Below are positions 44,784-55,129 of a stretch of DNA of 64,000 nucleotides, piece by piece. Every line of letters begins with the position of its first letter. Within the stretch, counting starts at the first letter, position 1. The notes beneath the pieces are model-generated. The model was not told the origin of the DNA and searched no databases. It saw only the letters and a list, made by a program, of their open reading frames with translations. Source of the stretch: Candidatus Eremiobacteria bacterium (lineage in GTDB: Bacteria; Vulcanimicrobiota; Vulcanimicrobiia; Vulcanimicrobiales; Vulcanimicrobiaceae); assembly GCA_963758295.1 (NCBI GenBank), contig CAVWUU010000006.1, positions 64,001 to 128,000 on the forward strand, written 5' to 3'. Both the position numbers and the translations under genes were made by a program.

Positions 44784-45208
44784 CCGATCGTATTCCGATC
44801 CTGAAGGTCGGAGAATTTCTCCTCGTTTCGATTCAAACGGATTTAAGCGACGATACGACGATGGCGCTTCAGGACGATCTGTCCAACCGCATCGTCCAGA
44901 CCGGAGCGCGGGGTGTCGTCATCGACATCTCGGCGCTTGAGATCGTCGATAGCTTCATCGGACGAATGCTGGCGACGATTGCCTCCATGTCGCGGGTCCT
45001 TGATGCCGACACGGTCGTGGCAGGTATGCGGCCTGCAGTAGCAATTACGCTCACCGAACTAGGTCTCTATCTCGGCGGAGTTCGAACCGCTCTCACTTTG
45101 GAAATGGCGTTTGAACTGCTCCGCCGGCGTCTGAGTGTTGCCCACGTCGTCGAAGAAGATGACGAAGCGTCGGCTTTGCGGGCCGAGGCCGAAATTGCGA
45201 CTAGCTGA
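44780..45208 (+). CDS. rsbS: Stressosome RsbS (STAS)
   Basis: IPILK, LVSIQ.DL.D, IDISALEIVDSF, GMRPAVAITL.ELG. Confidence 0.93.
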   Translation: MTDRIPILKVGEFLLVSIQTDLSDDTTMALQDDLSNRIVQTGARGVVIDISALEIVDSFIGRMLATIASMSRVLDADTVVAGMRPAVAITLTELGLYLGGVRTALTLEMAFELLRRRLSVAHVVEEDDEASALRAEAEIATS

Positions 45209-45629
45209 TTCCCTTGCTGCTTCCGGCGAAGCGGGCGTCGCAAAATTCGAGATTCAAAGCGATGCCGACGTCGTTCGAGTGCGGCAAGCCGTTCGCGCGC
45301 TTGCGCAACAAGCGAAGCTTTCGATCGTCGAGCAGACGAAGGTCGTCACGGCGGCGAGCGAACTAGCGCGAAATACGCTTATTCACGGCGGCGGCGGCAC
45401 GGCGGAGGTACAGCTTGTCAGCGAAGGCCCGAAAACCGGCATTCGCGCGACCTTCGCCGACCACGGCCCCGGCATCGCCGATCTCGAGCGCGCGATGACC
45501 GGCGGCTTCAGCACCGGCAGCGGTCTCGGCCTGGGCCTCTCGGGGAGCCGCCGTCTTGTGGATGCCTTCGATCTGGACACGGAAGCTGGACGCGGCACCC
45601 GCATCACGGTAACGAAGTGGGCTCGGTGA
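45195..45629 (+). CDS. rsbT: Switch kinase RsbT
   Basis: DVVRVRQ, TAASELARN, DHGPGI.D, GFSTGSGLGLGLSG..RL.D, GT.....KW; start uncertain. Confidence 0.92.
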   Translation: MRLADSLAASGEAGVAKFEIQSDADVVRVRQAVRALAQQAKLSIVEQTKVVTAASELARNTLIHGGGGTAEVQLVSEGPKTGIRATFADHGPGIADLERAMTGGFSTGSGLGLGLSGSRRLVDAFDLDTEAGRGTRITVTKWAR

Positions 45630-46618
45630 TCGAATGGTCGGAAGACGCCGCATGGATTCCGGTAGAGGATGAAAGTGCGCCCGGCCGCGTGCGGCGCATG
45701 GCGATTGCGCGGGCAAAGGCACTCGGGCTTCCGGAGCATCGCGTGGGCGAAGTTGCGATTGCGGCGACGGAGCTCGCAACGAATCTTCAGCGTCATGCCG
45801 TGCGCGGCGTCATGCTGGTTCAGGTGCGTCGCGACACCGCAACGGTCGAGTTGTTGGCTTTGGATTCAGGCCCCGGCGTAGCGGATCTCAGCGCGTTGAC
45901 GCGCGATGGAAATTCAACGGCTGGAACGCTTGGCATCGGGCTCGGCGCGTTGACGCGGCTTGCCACGACTTTCGACGCGCATTCCGTTCCGGGGAGGGGA
46001 ACGGTCGTGCTTGTCACGTTCGGGTCATCCGCCGAACCGCCGGAACGCGTGCCGGTTGCGGGGCTGACGCGATCGATGAACGGCGAAACGGCGTGCGGTG
46101 ACGCCTGGGCGCAACGCACGGGGAATCGAACGACGACGCTTTTACTTGCCGATGGTTTGGGCCATGGAGAGCTCGCCGCCATCGCATCCCGTGCGGCGGT
46201 GCGCACGTTTATCTCCGTCGAAGAAGAAGACGACCTTACGAGCATCATGCAGCGCTTCGACGGCGCACTGCGAAGCACGCGCGGCGCCGCGGTTGCCTTG
46301 CTGCGCATCGACCGCGACGCCGCGAAGGTTCGCTTTGCCGGGGTCGGCAACGTCAGCGCGTGGATCGATGACGGCGAAAAACGCCAAGGACTTGTATCAA
46401 TGCCCGGCATCGTGGGCAGCAACGTGAAAAAGATTCGAGAGATCGAAGTGGGGCTTCCCGAAGACGCCGTGATCGTCATGCATTCCGACGGAATTAGCGC
46501 CAAATGGAATTTGAAGTCGTATCCCGGCTTGCGCGCGCACGACCGGCGCATTGTGGCCGCCACTTTACTTCGTGACGCCGGCGTCCATCACGACGACGCG
46601 TCCATCTTGGTCGCATGA
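45617..46618 (+). CDS. rsbX: RsbX-like PP2C phosphatase with N-terminal HATPase domain
   Basis: ATELATN, DSGPG, GTLGIGLG; CGD, ADGLGHG, TRGAA, HSDG, DDAS. Confidence 0.88.
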   Translation: MGSVIEWSEDAAWIPVEDESAPGRVRRMAIARAKALGLPEHRVGEVAIAATELATNLQRHAVRGVMLVQVRRDTATVELLALDSGPGVADLSALTRDGNSTAGTLGIGLGALTRLATTFDAHSVPGRGTVVLVTFGSSAEPPERVPVAGLTRSMNGETACGDAWAQRTGNRTTTLLLADGLGHGELAAIASRAAVRTFISVEEEDDLTSIMQRFDGALRSTRGAAVALLRIDRDAAKVRFAGVGNVSAWIDDGEKRQGLVSMPGIVGSNVKKIREIEVGLPEDAVIVMHSDGISAKWNLKSYPGLRAHDRRIVAATLLRDAGVHHDDASILVA

Positions 46619-48390
46619 GCGCCAAGCCCGCAACGCTCTCCGTGCGCCGTCCGGAAGACGTCTTCGTGCTCCGGCAAAGCGGGCGCGCGGCGGCGGCCGT
46701 TCTTGGCTGCGAGGAGGCAGACCAGGTACGATTCGCGACCGCTTTGAGCGAGCTCGGCCGCGAGGCGCTGTTGCATCGCGGCAAACCGTCGGTGACGTTT
46801 ACGGTGAGCTCCGCCGGAACGCTGGATGTTTCCATGGAGCGTTTTCCGCGCGCGGGCCTAACAAAAAGCGGAACGTTCAGCGGATTCGAGGCCGCGCGCA
46901 AACTGTTGGATACCGTAACCGTAAGCGATCTAGGCGAAACTGCCGACGTCGTTACCGTGGTGTTGAAGCGAACGCCGCCGCGCCGGCATCCCGCTTACAC
47001 GGCACAAGAAGTGTACGAAGCGATCCGCCGCACGGCGGTTCCGCAGCCGCTCGAAGAATTGCGCCTTGAGAATCGCGATTTGATTGCGACTCTCGAAGAA
47101 GTCCGCGCCAAACAGGACGAGCTGATTCGACTGAACGCCGAACTCGAAGAAACGAATCGCGGCGTGATGGCTATGTACTCGCAACTCGCCGGAGAACTGG
47201 AAGAGACGAACCGCGGCGTTGTTGCGCTCTATGCCGAACTTGACGACAAGAGCGCGCGGCTCAACGAAGCAAACGAAGCCAAAAGCCGCTTCTTGGCCAA
47301 TGCGAGCCACGAATTGCGCAGCCCGGTCAACTCCATTCTGGGCCTCGTGCGCCTAATGCTCGATCCCGAAAGCGACGCGCTCACAGAAGAACAGCGCAAG
47401 CAATTGGCGCTGATCATGACGTCTTCCAGCGAGTTGCTAAAGCTTGTCAACGATCTGCTCGATCTTGCGAAAGCCGAGGCCGGCAAGTTACAGCCCGAAG
47501 TTTCGCCAGTGCATCTTGACGAGCTCTTCGGCGAACTGCGCGGGTCGCTTCGTCCGCTCGCCCGTGTTGGGGTGACGCTCGTCGTCGACCCGCCGCAAAC
47601 GCCCGTGCTGGAGACGGACCGTACGCTGCTCATGCAGATTCTTCGAAATCTAGCAAGCAATGCTTTGAAGTTCACGCTGCAAGGCGAAGTTCGAATTTCT
47701 GCTCGGCCCAGCTCGCCGTACGAGATTGAAGTTACGGTAACCGATACCGGCGTTGGAATCGCGCCCGATGACCAGGCCAAGATCTTCGAGGAGTTTTTCC
47801 AAGTTCGCGGACCGCTGCAGGTCGATCAAAAAGGCAGCGGATTAGGCCTTCCTTACGCGCGCCGTGTATCGCGCGCTCTGGGCGGAGACATCACGCTCGT
47901 GAGCGCCGCCGGGAAAGGCAGCACGTTCGTCGTACGCCTTCCGGTGCTGTGGCCGGTCTTGGCGCGCCCGTCACAGTTGCCCACGGTCGAAGAACTCAAA
48001 CCCCTTGGGATCGGCACCGTGCTGGTGGTCGACGACGATGACGGCTTTCGCACGGTCTTGCGTGGAATGCTACAGGGCTTGGCTACGCACGTGCTGGAAG
48101 CGCGCGGCGGCGCCGAAGGCCTGGAGCTCATGCGCTCCGCGCGTCCCGACATGGCGTTCATCGATTTACAAATGCCGGATATCGACGGTGGAGATGTCCT
48201 TGCCGAAATGAACGCCGATCCAAATTTGCGCAACATTCCCGTCGTCATCGTTACGTCGACGCAACTGAACGTGCGTCATCGCGCGCGGCTCGGCATGGCA
48301 TCGTCACTGCTCGGAAAGTCGGAGCTCACGCGTGCGACCGTGCATCGCGTCTTGTCTCAAGTCTTGGAAACCGTGGGCGCGCCTAAATGA
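46615..48390 (+). CDS. Hybrid histidine kinase (RsbT-like N-domain, coiled coil, HisKA, HATPase, REC)
   Basis: ASHELRSP, NLASNALKFT, DTGVGI, GSGLGL, VLVVDDD, DLQMP. Confidence 0.93.
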   Translation: MSAKPATLSVRRPEDVFVLRQSGRAAAAVLGCEEADQVRFATALSELGREALLHRGKPSVTFTVSSAGTLDVSMERFPRAGLTKSGTFSGFEAARKLLDTVTVSDLGETADVVTVVLKRTPPRRHPAYTAQEVYEAIRRTAVPQPLEELRLENRDLIATLEEVRAKQDELIRLNAELEETNRGVMAMYSQLAGELEETNRGVVALYAELDDKSARLNEANEAKSRFLANASHELRSPVNSILGLVRLMLDPESDALTEEQRKQLALIMTSSSELLKLVNDLLDLAKAEAGKLQPEVSPVHLDELFGELRGSLRPLARVGVTLVVDPPQTPVLETDRTLLMQILRNLASNALKFTLQGEVRISARPSSPYEIEVTVTDTGVGIAPDDQAKIFEEFFQVRGPLQVDQKGSGLGLPYARRVSRALGGDITLVSAAGKGSTFVVRLPVLWPVLARPSQLPTVEELKPLGIGTVLVVDDDDGFRTVLRGMLQGLATHVLEARGGAEGLELMRSARPDMAFIDLQMPDIDGGDVLAEMNADPNLRNIPVVIVTSTQLNVRHRARLGMASSLLGKSELTRATVHRVLSQVLETVGAPK

Positions 48391-50024
48391 TTGAAGAGAA
48401 TCCCGCTCTAGCTCATCCCCGCGTCTTGGTCGTGGACGACACGGAAAGCAACCGGTACGTTCTCGCAGCGTGGCTTCGCCGTGCGGGATACGACGTGACG
48501 GAAGCACGCACCGGACAAGAAGCAATCGCCGCCGTCGATTCGCGCCGTTTCGATCTCGTCGTGCTGGACGTCTATCTGCCGGACCTGAGCGGTTACGCGG
48601 TGTGCGAGTACATCAAAGACCGGAAGTGCGCTCCCAACCTGCCCGTGTTGCACGTTTCCTCGGTAGCAACTCAAGCCGCCGATCGTTCCGAAGGCCTGCG
48701 GCGCGGCGCCGAAGGCTATTTGGCCGAACCAATCGAGCGCGAAGAATTGCTTGCGACGGTGGAAGCGCTTCTTCGCGCCGCGTCCGCGCAGCGTGTCGCA
48801 GAACGCTTGTCGCGCCGGCTACGTCAGCTCAACGAAGCCACGCTTGCCGTGAATGAAGCCGAGGGTGTGGAAGATCTGGTATTGCACATTGCGAGCCAGG
48901 CAGCGAAACTCTTCGAGGCGCCGGCCATAGCCGCCATTATCGCCGACGACGTCGCGCTTGCCGCCATAAGCGCGCAGGACGGGTCCGCGCTGCTGGAGCC
49001 ATGTGCGGCGCGCGACGTGGACGCGCTGTATCGCGCCGTGGGCACGAATTTCAGCGTTTCCGGGAAAGTCGTAGCGGCGATTATGCCCGGTGCAACGGGC
49101 GAAGCGTATTTGTGCACCATTTTGGCGCAGAATAGCGAGCAGCGCGCAGTGCTTTTAATCGACGGTACCGGCGCAACCGGCGGCGCCGACGAGAGCATTG
49201 CGGTGTTGAGTCAGTTCGGCCGTGCCGCCAGCACCGCTTTGCGAAACATGCGTTCGTACGATATCGAGCGCGGCATCGCGCTGACGTTGCAGAAGAGTTT
49301 ACTTCCGGAAGCGCCTCCGAACATTCCGGGCCTCGAGATTGCGACGCGTTATGCTGCGAGCGCGAAACATTCCGAAGTCGGCGGCGACTTCTACGAAATT
49401 TTCATGTTCGACGAACGGCGGATGGCCATCGCGATCGGCGACGTGGTCGGCCACTCGCTCGAAGCAGCCACGATCATGGCGCAATTGCGTACCGGTATAC
49501 GGTGCTACGCTTTGGAAGGCCACGGGCCGACGGCAATCATCGATCGATTGAACCGCCTGCTCTACGAGTTCCATCGAGACGTGACGGCAACCGTCTGCTT
49601 TGCGCTATACGACATCGAAACCGGAGAGTGCCGGATTGCCAACGCCGGCCATTTGCCGCCGATGCTCGCGTCCGCGGACGGCGTGGAGCTGCTTCCGCTT
49701 GGAGGACCGATGCTCGGGATCGATGCACCGGCAAGGCCGCCGCACACGGTTCAGCTTGCGCCGGGCGACGTGTTGTTTTTTTATACCGACGGACTGATCG
49801 AACGCCGGGACGAAGGTATCGACGAGGGACTCGAGCGCCTGGCACGCGCAGTGGAAGCGCGTCCGGAACGATTGGACGAGTTGTGTGACGGGTTACTGCG
49901 CGAAAACGAGTCGCGCTTCATCGACGACGTGGCGATCGTCGCTATTTCCCGCACCAGCATCTCCGCCGGCGCAACACTTCCGCTAGACCTCGGCGCCGAT
50001 GCCGGTGTTGGCGCGAACCTGTAG
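48387..50024 (+). CDS. REC + GAF-like + PP2C/SpoIIE phosphatase (RsbU/RsbP-like)
   Basis: VLVVDD, LDVYLPD; LQKSLLP, VGGDFY, GDVVGH, NAGHLPP, YTDGL, DDVA. Confidence 0.93.
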   Translation: MIEENPALAHPRVLVVDDTESNRYVLAAWLRRAGYDVTEARTGQEAIAAVDSRRFDLVVLDVYLPDLSGYAVCEYIKDRKCAPNLPVLHVSSVATQAADRSEGLRRGAEGYLAEPIEREELLATVEALLRAASAQRVAERLSRRLRQLNEATLAVNEAEGVEDLVLHIASQAAKLFEAPAIAAIIADDVALAAISAQDGSALLEPCAARDVDALYRAVGTNFSVSGKVVAAIMPGATGEAYLCTILAQNSEQRAVLLIDGTGATGGADESIAVLSQFGRAASTALRNMRSYDIERGIALTLQKSLLPEAPPNIPGLEIATRYAASAKHSEVGGDFYEIFMFDERRMAIAIGDVVGHSLEAATIMAQLRTGIRCYALEGHGPTAIIDRLNRLLYEFHRDVTATVCFALYDIETGECRIANAGHLPPMLASADGVELLPLGGPMLGIDAPARPPHTVQLAPGDVLFFYTDGLIERRDEGIDEGLERLARAVEARPERLDELCDGLLRENESRFIDDVAIVAISRTSISAGATLPLDLGADAGVGANL

Positions 50025-51611
50025 TTGCGTAAATAGTTCTTCCGACGTTCTATCGGGGACCCCCAGCGACCCGAGAATTGCTCCCAAAAATCCCAGCGGA
50101 ATTGAAATGATGCCGGGATTTCGCAATGGGAAAAGCGCGTGCGCGCCCATGAATTGCGGACTCACCGCAATCAACGCGACCGACGAAATCAGGCCGGTAA
50201 GCATGCCGCACAGCGCACCGGTACCGGAGAACCGGCGCCACGTGAGCGCGAGCAGCAGAGCCGGCACGTTGGCGCTCGCCGCGACGGCAAACGCAAGTCC
50301 GACCAGATACGCGACGTTTTCACTGCGCAGTTGAACCGACAAGACGATTGAGAGCACACCGACGACGAATGCCGTCGTGCGGGCGACGAAAAGATACTCG
50401 CGCTCTTCGCCCCTCTGTCTTCGCACGAGCGTCCACCAAATGTCGTGCGCGAATGCCGACGACGCGGTGATCGTCAGGCCTGCGACGACCGCAAGAATGG
50501 TAGCGAAGGCTACAGCCGCGACGAAGGCCGTCAAGAGTGGACCACCGAGTGAATTTGCGAGCAGCGGCGTAGCCAGATTGCTGTTTTGCGCCGGCACGAT
50601 GAAGCCGTTGGTAGCGAGATCCGCATTGAGCGACGGGGCTTGTTCGGGATGCGTAGCGATATAACGAATCGCTTGGGTGTCGCGCACGTGCTTGCCGATG
50701 TTGTGCTGGCCGACAATCGTTGCCGCGCCAAGACCCAAGAACGTCGTCATCAAGTAGAAGACGCCGATGAGGACGATCGCCCAGCCGACCGACACGCGCG
50801 CGGCGCGTGCGTTTGGGACGGTGAAGAAACGCATGAGAATGTGGGGCAATCCGGCGGTGCCAAGCACAAGCGCTAAACCGAGCGAAAGCAGATCGAGCGC
50901 GCCGGCTCTCCCGTGAAAGAGCAGCCCGGGCTGTAACAAGTTGACCGTCGCGTTTCCCGATCTAACGTGCGTTGAAGCATCGAGCAATGCACCGAGGGAG
51001 AAGTGGAAGTGCACCAGCACGAGCGCGCTCAATGCCAGTGACGCGGCCACCATCAGGCCGGCTTTGATGATTTGCACCCACGTCGTCGCAAGCATGCCAC
51101 CGAACAAAACATAGATCAGCATGATGCTGCCGATAAGGACGATGGCAAACGACTGATCGATGCGTTGCAGCATCAGGTTGATCAACGAGCCGGCGCCGAC
51201 CATCTGCGCGATCATATACAGCAACGTGATGACCAACGTCGAAACCGCCGCCACGGCGCGAACCGCAGGGTTCTTCAAGCGATATGCAATCACGTCGGCC
51301 AGCGTGAATTTTCCGGTATTCCTCAGCGGCTCCGCGATGAGGAAGAGCACGGCGAGATATGCGACGAGCCAGCCGACCGCGTACATGAAGCCGTCGATCC
51401 CATAGAACGCAATGAGGCCCGTAATTCCCAAGAAAGAAGCGGCCGACATATAGTCGCCGGCGATCGCCCAGCCGTTCTGCGCGCCGGATATCTCGCGGTG
51501 TGCCGCATAGTAACCGCGGCTCGACATGCTTCGGCCGGCAGCCCAATACGTAACGATCAGCGTGATCGCCAGAAAGACGGCAAACATGACGAGCGTCGCT
51601 TGCTCGATCAT
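49983..51611 (-). CDS. actP: Cation/acetate symporter (SSS family)
   Basis: NGWAIAGDYMSAASFLG, GGMLATTWVQIIKA, GTAGLPHILMRF, AFAVAASAN; ATG 51611. Confidence 0.92.
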   Translation of the reverse strand: MIEQATLVMFAVFLAITLIVTYWAAGRSMSSRGYYAAHREISGAQNGWAIAGDYMSAASFLGITGLIAFYGIDGFMYAVGWLVAYLAVLFLIAEPLRNTGKFTLADVIAYRLKNPAVRAVAAVSTLVITLLYMIAQMVGAGSLINLMLQRIDQSFAIVLIGSIMLIYVLFGGMLATTWVQIIKAGLMVAASLALSALVLVHFHFSLGALLDASTHVRSGNATVNLLQPGLLFHGRAGALDLLSLGLALVLGTAGLPHILMRFFTVPNARAARVSVGWAIVLIGVFYLMTTFLGLGAATIVGQHNIGKHVRDTQAIRYIATHPEQAPSLNADLATNGFIVPAQNSNLATPLLANSLGGPLLTAFVAAVAFATILAVVAGLTITASSAFAHDIWWTLVRRQRGEEREYLFVARTTAFVVGVLSIVLSVQLRSENVAYLVGLAFAVAASANVPALLLALTWRRFSGTGALCGMLTGLISSVALIAVSPQFMGAHALFPLRNPGIISIPLGFLGAILGSLGVPDRTSEELFTQLQVRANTGIGAEV

Positions 51612-51937
51612 TCTGCCGGCTCCGAGAAAGCGCGCGCGAGAATTTGTGCGGCCATCGTATCGAAAGACTTGGCAACGCGCATATAGGTTGCCAGCAAGAC
51701 CCACGCAACCACGAATTGGACGAGCGCGAAGACGTACGCGTACGTGAGCGGGCCGATAGCGGGCCTGCTCATCGCTTCGGGAAAGAGTCCCACGCTCGCG
51801 GGAAGCGCCAAGTAAAAGAGAATCGAAAAGATTGCCGCTGGGATTATGAAGCGGCGTCGCGCGTGCACGAGAGCTTGAAACTCCGGATCGGCCGCCAGCG
51901 CATCCCACTCGCCGGGGCTCAAAGGACGATGCTGCAC
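51608..51937 (-). CDS. DUF485 (YjcH-like) membrane protein, partner of ActP
   Basis: EFQALV..RRRF, two TM helices, Y...A..FD; ATGA overlap with actP. Confidence 0.9.
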   Translation of the reverse strand: MQHRPLSPGEWDALAADPEFQALVHARRRFIIPAAIFSILFYLALPASVGLFPEAMSRPAIGPLTYAYVFALVQFVVAWVLLATYMRVAKSFDTMAAQILARAFSEPAE

Positions 51938-51963
51938 CGCGGCTACTTCTCGCCCGGGCTGCG

Positions 51964-52305
51964 TTACCTCTTGATTCCGATGGCTTGCCGAACGGCCTCG
52001 CCCAGAAGCGCGTCTACGCAGAGTCCCGCGAGAAACGTTCCGATGGCAAAAACCGAGAAGAGCGTCGAGGTGCCGTACGCTAAAGTGCGAGCCACAAGCA
52101 CCACCGATGCGAACGCGAAGAGCGCGCCCAAGAGCAGGCGCAAAAGACCGGCGATGGCGCCACGTGCAGACGACATGCCGTGCGCGATATCGCGGACGAT
52201 CGTTTCAGGCGCGCGGTTTCCGATGTTCCAGAGAACGAGCGCAAAAGCCGCGCAGCAGATGGCCGCTACGAATCGAGAGAAAGCGTCCAGCGTGACGACG
52301 AGCAG
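51964..52305 (-). CDS. Small membrane protein; frame is open upstream of ATG 52176 to the sufU stop
   Basis: Three hydrophobic helices if started at CTG 52305; ORF track gives only 51964..52176. Confidence 0.55.
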   Translation of the reverse strand: MLVVTLDAFSRFVAAICCAAFALVLWNIGNRAPETIVRDIAHGMSSARGAIAGLLRLLLGALFAFASVVLVARTLAYGTSTLFSVFAIGTFLAGLCVDALLGEAVRQAIGIKR

Positions 52306-52308
52306 GGG

Positions 52309-52698
52309 TTACTCTTCGTCGGGCCAGCCCGCGATTTCGCCGATGGCTGCACTCTTTGCGACGCGCAATCCGAGCATCGCGCACTTCATGCGAGTGGGGC
52401 TGATGCCGATACCGACGTTTTCTAGAATGATGTCCTTCGAGAGTTTGGCGACGTCCTCGAGCTTCATGCCCTTGATCGCTTCGGTGAGCATCGACGCGGA
52501 TGCTTGACTGATCGCGCAGCCTTTGCCCGAAAACCGGACGTCTTGAACGGTCCCCCCATTCACGTTGAACTCCATGCGAATTTCATCGCCGCAAAGCGGA
52601 TTCAGATCCTCGGCGCTGGCATCGGGAGTTTCTAGGTGACCGAAATTTCGTGGGCTCCGATAGTGGTCGAGAATGTAATCGCGGTAAAAATCGTCCAT
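52309..52698 (-). CDS. sufU: U-type Fe-S assembly protein (SufU/NifU-N family)
   Basis: YRDYILDHY.SPRN.G, NPLCGD, GCAISQASAS, RMKCA. Confidence 0.92.
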   Translation of the reverse strand: MDDFYRDYILDHYRSPRNFGHLETPDASAEDLNPLCGDEIRMEFNVNGGTVQDVRFSGKGCAISQASASMLTEAIKGMKLEDVAKLSKDIILENVGIGISPTRMKCAMLGLRVAKSAAIGEIAGWPDEE

Positions 52699-52700
52699 TG

Positions 52701-53945
52701 TTACAGCTTGAATACGCGAGCGGCTTTTTCCAGTCCCTCGGCGAGTGCGTCGACATCAGCTTGCGTATTGTAGACGTAGAACGACGCTCGCGCGGTTGCG
52801 GGCCAACCCATCTTATCCATGAGCGGCATCGTGCAATGATGCCCGGCGCGGATGCAGATCCCTTCGGTGTCCAGGATCGAGGCAAGATCGTGCGCGTGAA
52901 TGTCCGCGAAATTGAAACTCAGTACGCCCGAAATCGCGGCCGGGTCCTTCGGGCCGTAAATGGCAAGCCCGCGTGCTTCGAACGGACGCAGCCGATCGAG
53001 GGCGTAACCCGTCAATTCTCGCTCGTGAGCCCGCACCCAATCCATCCCGAGCGCGGCGAGATACTCGACGGCGACGCCTAACGCGATCGCGTCGGCAATA
53101 TTGCTGGTTCCCGCTTCGAACTTCCACGGCAGATCGTTGAACGACGTATGCTCGTATTGGACTTTGCGAATCATGTCGCCGCCGGCAAGAAACGGCGGCA
53201 TCGCTTCGAGCAGCGCCCGCTTACCGTAGAGCACGCCGATGCCGGTTGGGCCGAGCATCTTGTGGCCGCTAAAAGCGTAAAAATCCACGTCGAGCGCTCG
53301 AACGTCAACGGCGAGATGCGGTGCGCCCTGCGCGCCGTCTACCAAAACCGTGGCGCCGGCAGCATGAGCGCGCGGAACGATGCGCTCCAGAGGAACGATC
53401 GTGCCGAGCGTATTGCTCACATGCGAAATCGCCAGGAGCTTCACCCCATCGAGCAACCGGTCGAGATCGTCCAGGATCAACGTTCCGTCTTCATGCACAG
53501 GAATGAAACGCAGCTTCGCGCCCGTTTTCTCGGCTAAAAGCTGCCAGGGCACGAGGTTCGAGTGATGCTCGATCTCGGACGTCAAAATAACGTCGCCGGC
53601 CTTGATATTCTTTAGGCCCCAACTGTAGCCGACGAGGTTGATTGCCTCGGTCGCATTGCGCGTCCAGATGATTTCGGCCGAATCTGCGTTGATGAAACGG
53701 GCGACGTTCACGCGAGCCGCTTCGAACGCATCGGTCGCCCGAGCAGCGATTTCGTACACGCCTCGGTGAATGTTTGCGTTGTACTCGCTGTAATAGCTCG
53801 TGAGCGCGTCGATCACGACCTGCGGCTTTTGCGAGGTCGCCGCCGAATCCAGATACACGAGCCGTTTGCCGCGGGACGTTTCCCGCTGCAGGATCGGAAA
53901 ATCGGAAACGACCTTGGCAAGTTTGCCGTCGGAGAGCGTGATCAT
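52701..53945 (-). CDS. sufS: Cysteine desulfurase SufS
   Basis: YLDSAATSQKP, NIHRG, DGAQ, SGHKMLGPTG, RAGHHC. Confidence 0.96.
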   Translation of the reverse strand: MITLSDGKLAKVVSDFPILQRETSRGKRLVYLDSAATSQKPQVVIDALTSYYSEYNANIHRGVYEIAARATDAFEAARVNVARFINADSAEIIWTRNATEAINLVGYSWGLKNIKAGDVILTSEIEHHSNLVPWQLLAEKTGAKLRFIPVHEDGTLILDDLDRLLDGVKLLAISHVSNTLGTIVPLERIVPRAHAAGATVLVDGAQGAPHLAVDVRALDVDFYAFSGHKMLGPTGIGVLYGKRALLEAMPPFLAGGDMIRKVQYEHTSFNDLPWKFEAGTSNIADAIALGVAVEYLAALGMDWVRAHERELTGYALDRLRPFEARGLAIYGPKDPAAISGVLSFNFADIHAHDLASILDTEGICIRAGHHCTMPLMDKMGWPATARASFYVYNTQADVDALAEGLEKAARVFKL

Positions 53946-53955
53946 TGAGGGTCCT

Positions 53956-55129
53956 TTATTCGACCTTGCGTTGAAGCGCGTTACGCAGCTCTTCGCGCAG
54001 CGACTCCGTCGGAAACCGGTCGATCACCGGCTCGAAAAAGCCGAGCGCGATCATCCGCTCCGCTGCGCTGCGTTCGATGCCGCGGCTGGTCATGTAGAAA
54101 ATTTGTTCGTCGTCGAGCGCGCCGATCGTGGCGCCGTGGTATGCTTTGACGTCGTTCGCCGCAATTTCGAGCGCCGGAACGGAGTCGATGTGCGCCCGCT
54201 TGGAGAGAAGAAACGCGTCGTCGCGAAGATTCGCTTCCGTACGTTGCGCGTTTTTGGCAATGCGGATGTTGCCGAGATAGCGGCCTTGTCCCGCTCCGTT
54301 CGCAGCGGACTTCACGAGCGTTTGCGAGGTCGAATCGCCAACGCGATGATCGACCGTGGTAATGAGGTCCACGTGCTGTGAAGCAGTTGGGAAGAAGAGC
54401 GAGGCGATTTGCGCATCGACTCCGGGATGGTCGACGGTGACGACGAGGTCGGACACCGAAAGCGCTGCGCCGAGTTCGGCAGTCGTCCATGAAGCGGTTG
54501 CGTCGCGGCCGGGCTGCGCTACGCGCGTGAAAAGCACCCGTGCATCGGCCGGCGCGTCTTGCACCGCCGCGTATGAAAGCTGGGCGCTTTCACCAAGGAC
54601 CGCCTCCGCGATCCCAGCGACGAACGAACCTTCGCCGGCCTCGAGGCGCTCGACGATCGTCGCGCGCGCGCCGTGCTCCAGGAGCACGATCGTGTACGGA
54701 AAGATGGCTTCGCCCGAAGCGGTGCGATACGTTATTGCGATGGGGACGTCAACGCTGCATTCGGCCGGAACGTAAACGAAGGCGCCCAGTTGCGCGAACG
54801 CGCGCGTCAAATGCGCAAATTTGTGCTCGTCGCCGAGGGCTTTCCCGATGCGCCCGGAGCAGCAAATCGCTGTGATCGCGGGCTGCGGTGAGCAGATCGC
54901 ATGCGATAACGCGATCCGGTGCTCCCGAAATCGAAACGGAACCCGACTGCGCATCGATTTTTAGATCTTCGATGCCGAGGTTCTCGAGATCGAGTTTCCA
55001 ATACCGGCTGGGCTTGTCTCGTCCGCTGCGCGTAGCGCGAAGCGCTCGAACGATTGCGACGCGTTCGGCTTGCGAGAAGAGTGCCTGGTCGAAGCCGCCG
55101 AAGGCCGGGGCTGCGAGAACGCTAGGCAA
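53956..55129 (-). CDS. sufD: Fe-S assembly protein SufD (frameshift near 54850, probably a sequencing error)
   Basis: YWK.D N-terminus in one frame; DSVPALEIAANDVKAYHGATIG, IFYMTSRGI in another. Confidence 0.85.

Noticed and set aside
49983..50024. 42-bp convergent overlap of the PP2C gene and actP as a regulatory device
   Set aside because: Looks like a non-conserved C-terminal run-on; no other support
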